Part shown: piece by piece, positions 56,336-64,000 of the stretch
How positions within the stretch are numbered: position 1 is the stretch's first letter
Layout of the letters: the number at the start of each line of letters is the position of its first letter
Assembly (NCBI GenBank): GCA_016178705.1
Contig: JACOST010000028.1
Coordinates: 4,951 to 68,950 of the forward strand
Length of the DNA: 64,000 nucleotides
From: Deltaproteobacteria bacterium
Lineage (GTDB): Bacteria > Desulfobacterota > Binatia > HRBIN30 > JACQVA1
Direction: 5' to 3'
Position numbers and translations under genes: made by a program
Notes under the pieces: model-generated
The model's input: the letters and a program-made list of their open reading frames with translations, nothing else
Told to the model about the DNA's origin: nothing
The model's database searches: none

Positions 56336-57304
56336 TCAACGCAGACTCGCCAGGAACTCGAGTAGCAGCGCGTTGACTTCGGCGGGACGCTCTTGGTGAA
56401 TCCAGTGACCGGCACCGGGCAGCAGAACTTTCCGGTACAGCCGCGGCGCGGTTGTCTCCATCGCAGCGATGGCGGCGCCGAAGATCGCGACCACCGCGTC
56501 GCTCTCACCGCCGATGAACAGCGTCGGCTGTGGCAACGTGGCGCCAGCCAGGAATGACGTGCATTCCCACCCGCGATCGATGTTGCGATACCAGTTGAGT
56601 CCGCCGCGGAAGCCGGTGCGCTCGAACTCGTGCGCGAGGACGTCGAGATCCGCTTCGCTCACCCACGGCGGCAAGCTGTCGGGTAGCGAGAGGGTATCGA
56701 GAAAGCCCTCCGACCGAGTGAGGAACGGGCGCGCGCGTTGCTCCGGTGGCGGGTCACCGGAGAGCGAGTACAACATCATCAACAGCGTCTTGCGCGGGTC
56801 GGCGTTGAGTTCGGCGTCGGCGATGCCGGGGGTCTGAAAGTATTCCTGATAGAAGATCTGCTCGCCGGCGAGCAGTCGCATCAACTTGGTGGGTTGTATG
56901 TCTTGCCACGAGCGCTGGAGAAACGGCACGCTGAGCAGCGCGACGGCGTGGAACAGGTCCGGCCGCAACAAGGCGCAGCGATACGCGACCGGCGAGCCGA
57001 AGTCATGTCCGACGATGATCGCGCGCGTTTCCCCCAACGCCTGCACCAGGCCGACGATGTCGCCGCACAGTTGGAACATCTCGTACGCGGCGATCGGTTC
57101 GGGACAATCGGTTTGTCCGAAGCCTCGTTGATCCGCCGCCACCGCATGGAATCCGGCGGCGGCCAGTGCCGACAACTGATGCCGCCACGAATACCAGCAC
57201 TCGGGGAATCCATGACAGAGAACGACCAATGGCCCCGCGCCCTGCTCGGCGATGTGCATGCGGATGCCGTTGGTCTCAACGAAACGATGGGTCAGTGCAG
57301 TCAT
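56336..57304 (-). CDS. Epoxide hydrolase (EphA-like alpha/beta hydrolase)
   Basis: HGFPE.WYSWRHQ, GHDFG, LNWYRN, GHWIHQE. Confidence 0.92.
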   Translation of the reverse strand: MTALTHRFVETNGIRMHIAEQGAGPLVVLCHGFPECWYSWRHQLSALAAAGFHAVAADQRGFGQTDCPEPIAAYEMFQLCGDIVGLVQALGETRAIIVGHDFGSPVAYRCALLRPDLFHAVALLSVPFLQRSWQDIQPTKLMRLLAGEQIFYQEYFQTPGIADAELNADPRKTLLMMLYSLSGDPPPEQRARPFLTRSEGFLDTLSLPDSLPPWVSEADLDVLAHEFERTGFRGGLNWYRNIDRGWECTSFLAGATLPQPTLFIGGESDAVVAIFGAAIAAMETTAPRLYRKVLLPGAGHWIHQERPAEVNALLLEFLASLR

Positions 57305-57347
57305 GGCGATAGCGGCGAGAGGAGAGTGAGCCGAGTCTTCCGGTTCC

Positions 57348-58814
57348 TCACACCCACGGTTCGACAGAGTCGGTCCGCACCATGTGCACCAAGTTGTCGC
57401 AGCGCAGGCCGTTGACGCGTCCGCGTTGGTCGCGCGTCAGCAGCAAGTACGCGGGCTCGTCGCCGGGCTTGTCGATCAGCATGAAGGCCACATCGGTGGG
57501 ATCGGCCGGACGGAGGCGGGCCCCGTCCTTCCATGTGCCCCGCCGCGAGTGCAGCACCAGACCCTGGCTGTCGGCGGAGATTTGGATGCGACCAATGCTC
57601 GAACTGACGCGGAAGCTCGTCAGCTTGCCCGGCGGCGCCTCATACACACCCGACGCACTCGCCCGCAGATCCGCATCGAGCGGCTGATTCGGTGGCGCTG
57701 CCTGCGGTTCGTTCAGCACCGCACGAACGATCGGTGTGAAGACCCGATCGGAGTCGTACAGAAAAACGTTCATGTGAATGATGATGGCCAGGCCGCGTTC
57801 GGCGACGACCAGCAGGTCGGTATTCCACCCGCCAAAGGTCTTGCCGCCGTGACCGAATGCCCGTGGTCGCGCGGAACGCGCAAACGCAAGCCCGGCGCTG
57901 TTCAGCCGCGCGTCGGGGCACCACTGCGGCGCCACCATCGCGGCGAACGCGGCAGGGCGTACGATACCGGCGCCATTGTTCAACAGCACCGCGGCATAGC
58001 GCGCCATGTCGGGAATCGTCGACTGCACGGCGCCGGCTGCCATCATCGGGCTCTCCGGCTCCCAGTGGTACTCGCCACGGATGTTGTGGCCATCGGCTGT
58101 CTCTTCGTGCGGCGGAGTGCGGCCGACGCGCTGGAACAAATCGGCCATCTCGGGCGGCAGCGGCCGATGATAGCCGGTCGCGAGTCGTGGATGAGATCGT
58201 TCGTGGCATTGAGTGTCGCGCATACCGAGCGGCGCGAAGATGCGCCGTCTCAGGATTTCGTGCAACGATGCCTTTTCCATGCGCATGAGAATCTCACCCA
58301 GCAGCGCGAAGCCGTGATTCGCGTAGGCCCATCTCGTTCCCGGCGCGGCCTCCACCACGATGCCATCCGCATAGGTCGCGGCAAAGTCGTGCGCGCGCGC
58401 CGAAGCCTGGCGGTGCGGATCCACGGAATCGGCCAACGCCGCGAGGCTCGGCGCTTCGCCGATGCCCGAGGTGTGAGTGAGCAAATGGCGAATCGCCATC
58501 GATTCCGCCGGGCCGTGGAAGACGACGTCCGTAAGCAACTCGGCAACACGGCTATCGAGCGACAAGCGCCCTTCATCGACCAGCGCCATCGTGCACAGGC
58601 CGACCATCGTCTTGGTCACCGAACCGATGCACTGACCGTGATCGGGCCGCATGGGTTGCTGGTGCTCGATGTCGGCAAAGCCGAAACCCTCACTGTACAC
58701 GAGCGTCTCCCCCGCAACCACACCGACCGCGATGCCAGGCAGATGGAACTGGGCGACGGCGGCAGCCACTGCGGCGCGAGTCCGTTCGCAGTCGCTGGAT
58801 GTGAACGAAATCAC
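57348..58814 (-). CDS. Serine hydrolase (beta-lactamase class C-like)
   Basis: SVTK, LLTHTSG, YANHG, HGG; GTG overlaps the upstream stop. Confidence 0.88.
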   Translation of the reverse strand: MISFTSSDCERTRAAVAAAVAQFHLPGIAVGVVAGETLVYSEGFGFADIEHQQPMRPDHGQCIGSVTKTMVGLCTMALVDEGRLSLDSRVAELLTDVVFHGPAESMAIRHLLTHTSGIGEAPSLAALADSVDPHRQASARAHDFAATYADGIVVEAAPGTRWAYANHGFALLGEILMRMEKASLHEILRRRIFAPLGMRDTQCHERSHPRLATGYHRPLPPEMADLFQRVGRTPPHEETADGHNIRGEYHWEPESPMMAAGAVQSTIPDMARYAAVLLNNGAGIVRPAAFAAMVAPQWCPDARLNSAGLAFARSARPRAFGHGGKTFGGWNTDLLVVAERGLAIIIHMNVFLYDSDRVFTPIVRAVLNEPQAAPPNQPLDADLRASASGVYEAPPGKLTSFRVSSSIGRIQISADSQGLVLHSRRGTWKDGARLRPADPTDVAFMLIDKPGDEPAYLLLTRDQRGRVNGLRCDNLVHMVRTDSVEPWV

Positions 58815-59608
58815 CGCTGACCTCGCGCCGACAGGAAGTTGTCGACGATCTCGTTGAAGCGTTGCGGGCGCTCGAAGTACACCGAGTGTCCCGCTTGCGG
58901 TACCGACTCGATGCGCGCGTTCGTGAAGTGTCCTGCCGCCAGTTCGAGCGCGCGCGGCGGGATGACGATGTCCTCTTCGCCGATGACGAACAGGACGGGG
59001 TGCGCGAGCGCTGCGACGGTGCCGGGTGTCACGGTGCCGGCGGCGCGGATGATCTCGCCCATTTCGGCCAGCGTGCGCGCCGGGTTGAGCTCGCTGATCT
59101 GCTGGTAGAGAAAGTGCAGTGCCGGTTGCTCGCGATACATGCGGGCGCCCGCGGCGGGATGCACGCCTTCGGGAAGCGTTACGGCGTTGGTTTCCTTGCT
59201 GCTCCAGGCCGCGCCGATCTCGGGGGTGAGAAGACCGCCCGGGGTGTCGCACAACACCAGGCGGTCAACTCGCTCCGGATGTCGAATCGTGAATCCCAGA
59301 CACGTCCACCCGCCCATCGACTGCGCGACGAGATGGACGCGCGCCAGTCCGAGGTGATCGAGCAGGGCGCGCAAATCGTCGACGAACGCGGCGCCACTGC
59401 TGCCGCCGGGCTTCTCGATCGATTGTCCGAATCCGCGATGGTCGAAGGTGATGCATGTGAAGCGATCGCGGAAGTTCGGCACTTGCTGCCACCACGAGAG
59501 ATGGTTGCCGCCCATCCCGTGCGCGAACACGATCGCCGGCGCCGCGCCCGGCGGCGGGCCGTGCACTTCGTAGTAGAGATCGATATCACCGGTCGCGGCG
59601 AACGGCAT
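58811..59608 (-). CDS. Alpha/beta hydrolase
   Basis: HGMGGNH, DHRGFG, AQSMGG, GEED, AGHSVYFE. Confidence 0.9.
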   Translation of the reverse strand: MPFAATGDIDLYYEVHGPPPGAAPAIVFAHGMGGNHLSWWQQVPNFRDRFTCITFDHRGFGQSIEKPGGSSGAAFVDDLRALLDHLGLARVHLVAQSMGGWTCLGFTIRHPERVDRLVLCDTPGGLLTPEIGAAWSSKETNAVTLPEGVHPAAGARMYREQPALHFLYQQISELNPARTLAEMGEIIRAAGTVTPGTVAALAHPVLFVIGEEDIVIPPRALELAAGHFTNARIESVPQAGHSVYFERPQRFNEIVDNFLSARGQR

Positions 59609-59625
59609 ATGCGCGCGCCTGCGGG

Positions 59626-60639
59626 CTACGTCCGAGTGCCTGGCTCGACCAGCGCGTCGATGCGCGCGCAGTGTTCGTCGGGAATGCGCACGTTGAGTGC
59701 GGCGAGTCCGTCGTCGAGATGGCGCATGAGCCGCGGGCCGATGATCGCCGCGGTCACCGCTGGGTGGCGCAAGGTCCACGCTGTCGCGTACGCCGCCAGC
59801 GACGCGTCGACTTGCTTCGCCATGCCGACCAGTTCCTCGATTACTTCGAGCCGGCGCTGGCCGCGCGCGTTGGTGAGATCGAAGTTGTCGCGCACGAACA
59901 TGCCGAACTCGGTCTCATTCGTCGCGCGCGAATCCGGCGGTGGCGGCTGTCCCTTGCGGTAGCGGCCTGCCAGCCATCCCCCTTCGAGCGGGCTCCACAC
60001 GATCGCGCCGAAACCGAACTTTTCGCACACCGGGAAAATGTCGCGCTCCACTTCGCGCGAGAAGATCGAGTACGGCGGCTGCGTCGAGATGAAGCGCTCG
60101 AAGCTGTGCCGTTCGCTCAGCCACAGCGACTCGACCATACGCCAGGCGCTGAACTGGATGTCGGCGGGATCGGCGGCGTGCCCGGTCGAGACGCCGATGT
60201 AACGGAGCTTGCCCTGGCGGATCAGATCGGTGAGCGCGCTCAGCGTTTCTTCGATCGGCGTGTCGCGATCGTTGCGATGGAGTTGGTAGAGATCGATCCA
60301 GTCGGTGCCGAGCCGTCGCAAACTCTCCTCGACTTGCAGCATGATGTGCCGGCGCGAGGTGCCGCGATCGAGGATGCCGCCCATGCCGGGCATGAACACC
60401 TTGGTGGCGAGCACGACCGCATCGCGTCGTCCGCGCAGCGCTTTGCCGACAATCTCCTCCGACTCACCCCAGCAGTAGCGGTTCGCCGTGTCGATGAAAT
60501 TGATGCCTTCATCGAGCGCGCGATGGACGATGCGCGCGCAGTCGTCGTGATCCGTATTACCCCAGCGCCCGAACATCATCGTGCCCAGGCAGAGCCGCGA
60601 GACCTTGAGTCCAGTGTGACCGAGTCGATGATAGTCCAT
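59626..60639 (-). CDS. Aldo/keto reductase
   Basis: LCLGTMMFG, IDTANRY, LATK, IDLYQLH, WSPL.GG. Confidence 0.95.
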   Translation of the reverse strand: MDYHRLGHTGLKVSRLCLGTMMFGRWGNTDHDDCARIVHRALDEGINFIDTANRYCWGESEEIVGKALRGRRDAVVLATKVFMPGMGGILDRGTSRRHIMLQVEESLRRLGTDWIDLYQLHRNDRDTPIEETLSALTDLIRQGKLRYIGVSTGHAADPADIQFSAWRMVESLWLSERHSFERFISTQPPYSIFSREVERDIFPVCEKFGFGAIVWSPLEGGWLAGRYRKGQPPPPDSRATNETEFGMFVRDNFDLTNARGQRRLEVIEELVGMAKQVDASLAAYATAWTLRHPAVTAAIIGPRLMRHLDDGLAALNVRIPDEHCARIDALVEPGTRT

Positions 60640-60707
60640 GGCGACGGCTTGTACTCCAGATGGAGAGTGGAACTCAACGCGCTGGTCGCGTGCCCGCCGG
60701 CTGGGTC

Positions 60708-60843
60708 TTGCGCAAGACGGCCCTCGATACGATCGCTTCGCGATCTACTCGGGCAAACGGGCATTGGGCAAACACCGCTTCCCCGAGTAGGCGCACCGAG
60801 TAGAAGCCGAAGGCTTCGTATCGAGGTGCGGCGTATCGAGGGG
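60708..60843. repeat. Composite palindromic repeat, copy 2
   Basis: Matches 43978-44125. Confidence 0.85.
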
Positions 60844-60864
60844 CACCCGCAACGAGGCGCGACA

Positions 60865-62076
60865 CTACATCCGCTTCGCCACCGTCTCCAGGTGCTCGAT
60901 CTGGCCGTCGGCGCGCTGATGGAGAACGTCGTTGTAGCTGCTCTCGCCGCGGTGATGGCGGGCATCGGGTCGGGCGAAGGAGACTATGGCGCTGATGCGG
61001 TAGCCGTCGCGTTGGTCTGCCCTTGGCGGCGGCGCCGAGTGAACGGTATCGCTGAAGTGCAGCGAGACGTCGCCGGGCCGAGCGCGGAAGTGCGCGGCGT
61101 ACGCTGTGATGTCGCGGCGCGGGTCGTGGGCGTTGAACGCCGCCTGGTGCGACCCCGGCAGCATCGCCAACTCGCCGGTCTGCGGCGTTGCGTCGGTGAG
61201 ATACACAGAGATCACCAAAGTCGGGCACACGACCGCGTGACCGCCCATCCCACAATCGCGGTGCCACGGCAGATCGCCAAGGCCCTCAGTCACGTCAGGG
61301 TTCTTGAAGATCACGGTGACGCCCTGGCCTTCGCCCTTGCGGTAGACGAATGATTCGTCGGCAAGGTCTTTGAGGTTCAACAAGCGCGGGTCTGTCGGCA
61401 GTGTTGCTAGCTGAGGCTTGGCAACCCCGCGAGTGACCCGACACAAGACCTCGTTACCTGCGGGGGTCTTTCCCCACCACGACAGCTTGTCGCCCTGACG
61501 TGCCTCGCGTTGCAACTGGCGGGCTTCGTCGAGAAATGTCTCCAGTTCTTCAGCGCGAAATACGTCGCGCACGAACAGATAACCCGCGGTGCGGAGGAAG
61601 TGCGCCATCTCATCACGGTCCGACGCGGGAGAGAACGTCGCCTGCGGATCGAGGACGCGTCCGCTGCGATCGTGCAGCGCTTGCGTGGTCGGATCATACG
61701 GCGGACGACCATTGTAGAGAGCGCGCAATGCCGACTCCCACGCCATCAGGTCGACCGCGTTGCCACGCACGCAGCGGACCCGGCCTGCATACAGCAGTCC
61801 GGCGGGCGCTTCCAACTCGTGAACCAATCCCTGCCACGCGTCGAGATCCATCTCGATCACCGTATCCGCGCCGTCATCTCCGCGAGTGACGTCGATGCCG
61901 TTCTCTCCAACCCGATAGGTATACGCGGTTCCGGCCGGTACTCGCAGCGCGATGCTGCTGAGACCGGCGGCGGCACGCGCCGCAAATTCCGCGCGCCCCG
62001 CGGTGAGGAGCGCCGGGAGCGCTTCGTCGTGGAAGCGGTTGAAGTCGATCGCAGCAAAACCTGCAGGCAGTGCCAT
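60865..62076 (-). CDS. PhyH-like Fe(II)/2OG dioxygenase with N-terminal SCP2-like domain
   Basis: Start MALPAGF; GYLFVRDVF, LPWHRDC (HxD), LPGSH, GDVSLH..TVHSAP. Confidence 0.78.
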   Translation of the reverse strand: MALPAGFAAIDFNRFHDEALPALLTAGRAEFAARAAAGLSSIALRVPAGTAYTYRVGENGIDVTRGDDGADTVIEMDLDAWQGLVHELEAPAGLLYAGRVRCVRGNAVDLMAWESALRALYNGRPPYDPTTQALHDRSGRVLDPQATFSPASDRDEMAHFLRTAGYLFVRDVFRAEELETFLDEARQLQREARQGDKLSWWGKTPAGNEVLCRVTRGVAKPQLATLPTDPRLLNLKDLADESFVYRKGEGQGVTVIFKNPDVTEGLGDLPWHRDCGMGGHAVVCPTLVISVYLTDATPQTGELAMLPGSHQAAFNAHDPRRDITAYAAHFRARPGDVSLHFSDTVHSAPPPRADQRDGYRISAIVSFARPDARHHRGESSYNDVLHQRADGQIEHLETVAKRM

Positions 62077-62154
62077 CGGCGTGGGGATCCCTTTCACGCC
62101 GGCTATAACACAGGCATCGCAAGCGACGAAGGGAAGGAGGGGTCCTGCGTTCGA

Positions 62155-62185
62155 AATTCCGCAATCCGCATTCCGCAATCCACAA
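62155..62185. repeat. Heptamer tandem repeat (CGCAATC)n
   Basis: attccgcaatccgcattccgcaatccacaat. Confidence 0.75.
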
Positions 62186-62198
62186 TGGGCTGCGGGCG

Positions 62199-64000
62199 TC
62201 AGCCCGCGCTGAGCGTCCAGCGCTCGAGCCACTCGACCAGGCGCCGGTTGTAGTCGAGGCGATGGCTCGGCCGGCCGCTGACGACGAAGGCGTGGCTGCT
62301 GCCGGGGTAGCGCACGAACTGCGTGGGAACCTTGCCCGCCAGTTGCAACGCGGCGAAGAACTCTTCGCTCTGACTGATAGGACAGCGATCGTCGGCTTCG
62401 CCGTGCAGCAGCAATGTCGGCGTCGTCGCGCGCTCGGCATAGTTCAGCGGCGACAAGCGGCGATAGGTCTCGCGGTCTGTGAAGAAGTTTCCAAAATTCC
62501 ACTCGTCCACGAACGCGCCGAGATCCTGGGTGCCGGAGGCCGACTCGAGATTCGTCAGTGGCGCTCCGACGACCGCGGCTTTGAAGCGGTCGCTGTGCGT
62601 GATCATCCACGCGGTCATATATCCGCCGTAGGAGTAGCCGCACACGGCGAGACGATCGGCATCGACGAGCCCTTCGGCAATGAGCGCATCGATGGCCGCC
62701 ATCTGCTCGGGGAGATCGTATTGGCCCCAGCGCGCGCGCAAGCTGTGATTGCACGCTCTGCCGTACGATCCCGAGCCGCTCGGGTTGAGCGCGAGCACCG
62801 CCCAGCCGCGCGCCGCCAGTGTCAGCCAATACAGGCAACGCGGAAACGAGGCGCCGACGAATCCTTGCGGACCGCCGTGAATGTCGACCAACAGCGGTGC
62901 CGGGCGTGCGGCGGTGAGCGGGTGAATCACGAAGCCGTCGATGTCGCCGTGCGGGCCGGCGAAGCGGCGGCGCTCGACGCGCGGCAGCGCGATCTCGCCG
63001 AGCAGCGCGTCGTTGACGTGTGTGAGTTGCCGCTCGCCGGAACCGTCGAGCGCGCAGACGCACACGTCGCCGACATTGACGGGCGAGCTGACGACGAACG
63101 CGATGCGCCCCGCGGCCGGCCGGATGCTCGGATTCAGCACGTGCCGCTCGCCGTCGAGCACCGTGCGAACGGTGCCGCGCGCAAGATCGCAACTTGCGAG
63201 GTGTACGTTGCCAGCGTCGGCAATCGAGAAGAACAGCGCTGTGCCGTCGGCCGACCACACTGGAGGTGGACTAACCAAACTACCCAGGGCCGGAACCTCG
63301 CGGTCGAACTCCGCTGTGTGTGGCCGTGCCTTGCCACCGTCCGCTGGCACCGTCCACACCCAACCGAAGAAATCCGCGGCGCCCTCAGAGCCGTAGAACG
63401 CGATCGTCTTGCCGTCGGGCGACCACGACGGCAACGACACTGTCGGCGGTTGCTCAGTGATCCGGCGCGCGCCGCCGCCATCGCTGTCGATCGTCCACAA
63501 ATCGAACGCGTGCGAATCCATCAGACCCGTGCGCGAGGCGGCGAAGGCGATGCGCGCGCCATCCGGCGACCACGCCGGTTGCCAATGCGTGCGATCGTCG
63601 CTGGTCAACTGGCTCGGGTCGCCGCCGTTTGCGGCGACGACGAAGAGTTGCAAGCGCGCCTGCAACAGAAACCCGGTGCCGTCGAATTTATAGAGCGCAC
63701 CATCGACGACTTTGGGGCGATTGCGCCAGCGCTCGAACCCGTCGTGGTCCTTCGGTGGCGGCTCGAGTACAACCGGGGCGGCGAACAGGATTTGCGATCC
63801 GTCCGGTGACCACTGCGGCTCGCCGGCGCCCGCCGCTAGTGTCGTCAGCTTGCGCGGCTCACCGCCGTCGCGCGGCATCAGGTAGATTTGCGCTCGGCCG
63901 CCGTCGCGATCGGAAAGGAACGCGAGCGTCTGACCATCCGGCGACCAACGCGGCGCGCGATCCGTTTTAGGACCGCGGGTAAACCGCACCGGCTCTGTAC
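62199..64000 (-). CDS. S9 family peptidase (acylaminoacyl peptidase-like), 5' end outside the window
   Basis: WSPDG propeller repeats; IHGGP; GYSYGG; HGEADDRC; PGSSH. Confidence 0.93.
   Translation of the reverse strand, partial: TEPVRFTRGPKTDRAPRWSPDGQTLAFLSDRDGGRAQIYLMPRDGGEPRKLTTLAAGAGEPQWSPDGSQILFAAPVVLEPPPKDHDGFERWRNRPKVVDGALYKFDGTGFLLQARLQLFVVAANGGDPSQLTSDDRTHWQPAWSPDGARIAFAASRTGLMDSHAFDLWTIDSDGGGARRITEQPPTVSLPSWSPDGKTIAFYGSEGAADFFGWVWTVPADGGKARPHTAEFDREVPALGSLVSPPPVWSADGTALFFSIADAGNVHLASCDLARGTVRTVLDGERHVLNPSIRPAAGRIAFVVSSPVNVGDVCVCALDGSGERQLTHVNDALLGEIALPRVERRRFAGPHGDIDGFVIHPLTAARPAPLLVDIHGGPQGFVGASFPRCLYWLTLAARGWAVLALNPSGSGSYGRACNHSLRARWGQYDLPEQMAAIDALIAEGLVDADRLAVCGYSYGGYMTAWMITHSDRFKAAVVGAPLTNLESASGTQDLGAFVDEWNFGNFFTDRETYRRLSPLNYAERATTPTLLLHGEADDRCPISQSEEFFAALQLAGKVPTQFVRYPGSSHAFVVSGRPSHRLDYNRRLVEWLERWTLSAG

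Noticed and set aside
58815-59252. N-terminal extension of the serine hydrolase
   Set aside because: Overlaps the upstream hydrolase out of frame; a coupled GTG at 58814 explains the start
62077-63258. Apparent 797-aa ORF fusing upstream sequence to PhyH
   Set aside because: The extension is an off-frame shadow of the S9 peptidase plus a heptamer repeat; not a real fusion
12175-63809. Many long antisense or alternate-frame ORFs (e.g. 12175..13617, 38684..40438, 57384..58820, 59671..61353, 62262..63809)
   Set aside because: Typical high-GC shadow ORFs opposite well-supported genes, without family motifs

Overview
High-GC bacterial chromosomal segment of a Gram-negative organism. The secreted CxGDC dockerin-like proteins and gene content suggest Candidatus Binatia/Binatota (inference). 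Left end: a complete respiratory cluster, alternative complex III actABCDEFG followed by SCO, caa3-type coxB and partial coxA. The rest holds lipid/aromatic catabolic and DNA-repair genes, an ECF sigma/anti-sigma/Spy-like module, a Rieske oxygenase pair, vapBC, an OmpA-DUF748 envelope cluster and several hydrolases. Main novelties: (1) a tandemly duplicated module of a large STAND ATPase-TPR regulator followed by a secreted dockerin-like protein with a swappable C-terminus, both preceded by the same palindrome TGAACAGTGTTCA plus a further TGAAC, a candidate operator; (2) a Ser/Thr kinase-STAND-TPR-adenylate cyclase whose kinase has the WNK-type lysine relocation (GxGxxK, no VAIK lysine); (3) an unannotated 50-aa secreted Asp/Gly peptide; (4) many REP palindromes and heptamer repeats, several inserted in frame into proteins. 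No rRNA, tRNA, CRISPR array or transposase was seen. Start codons were chosen by eye.
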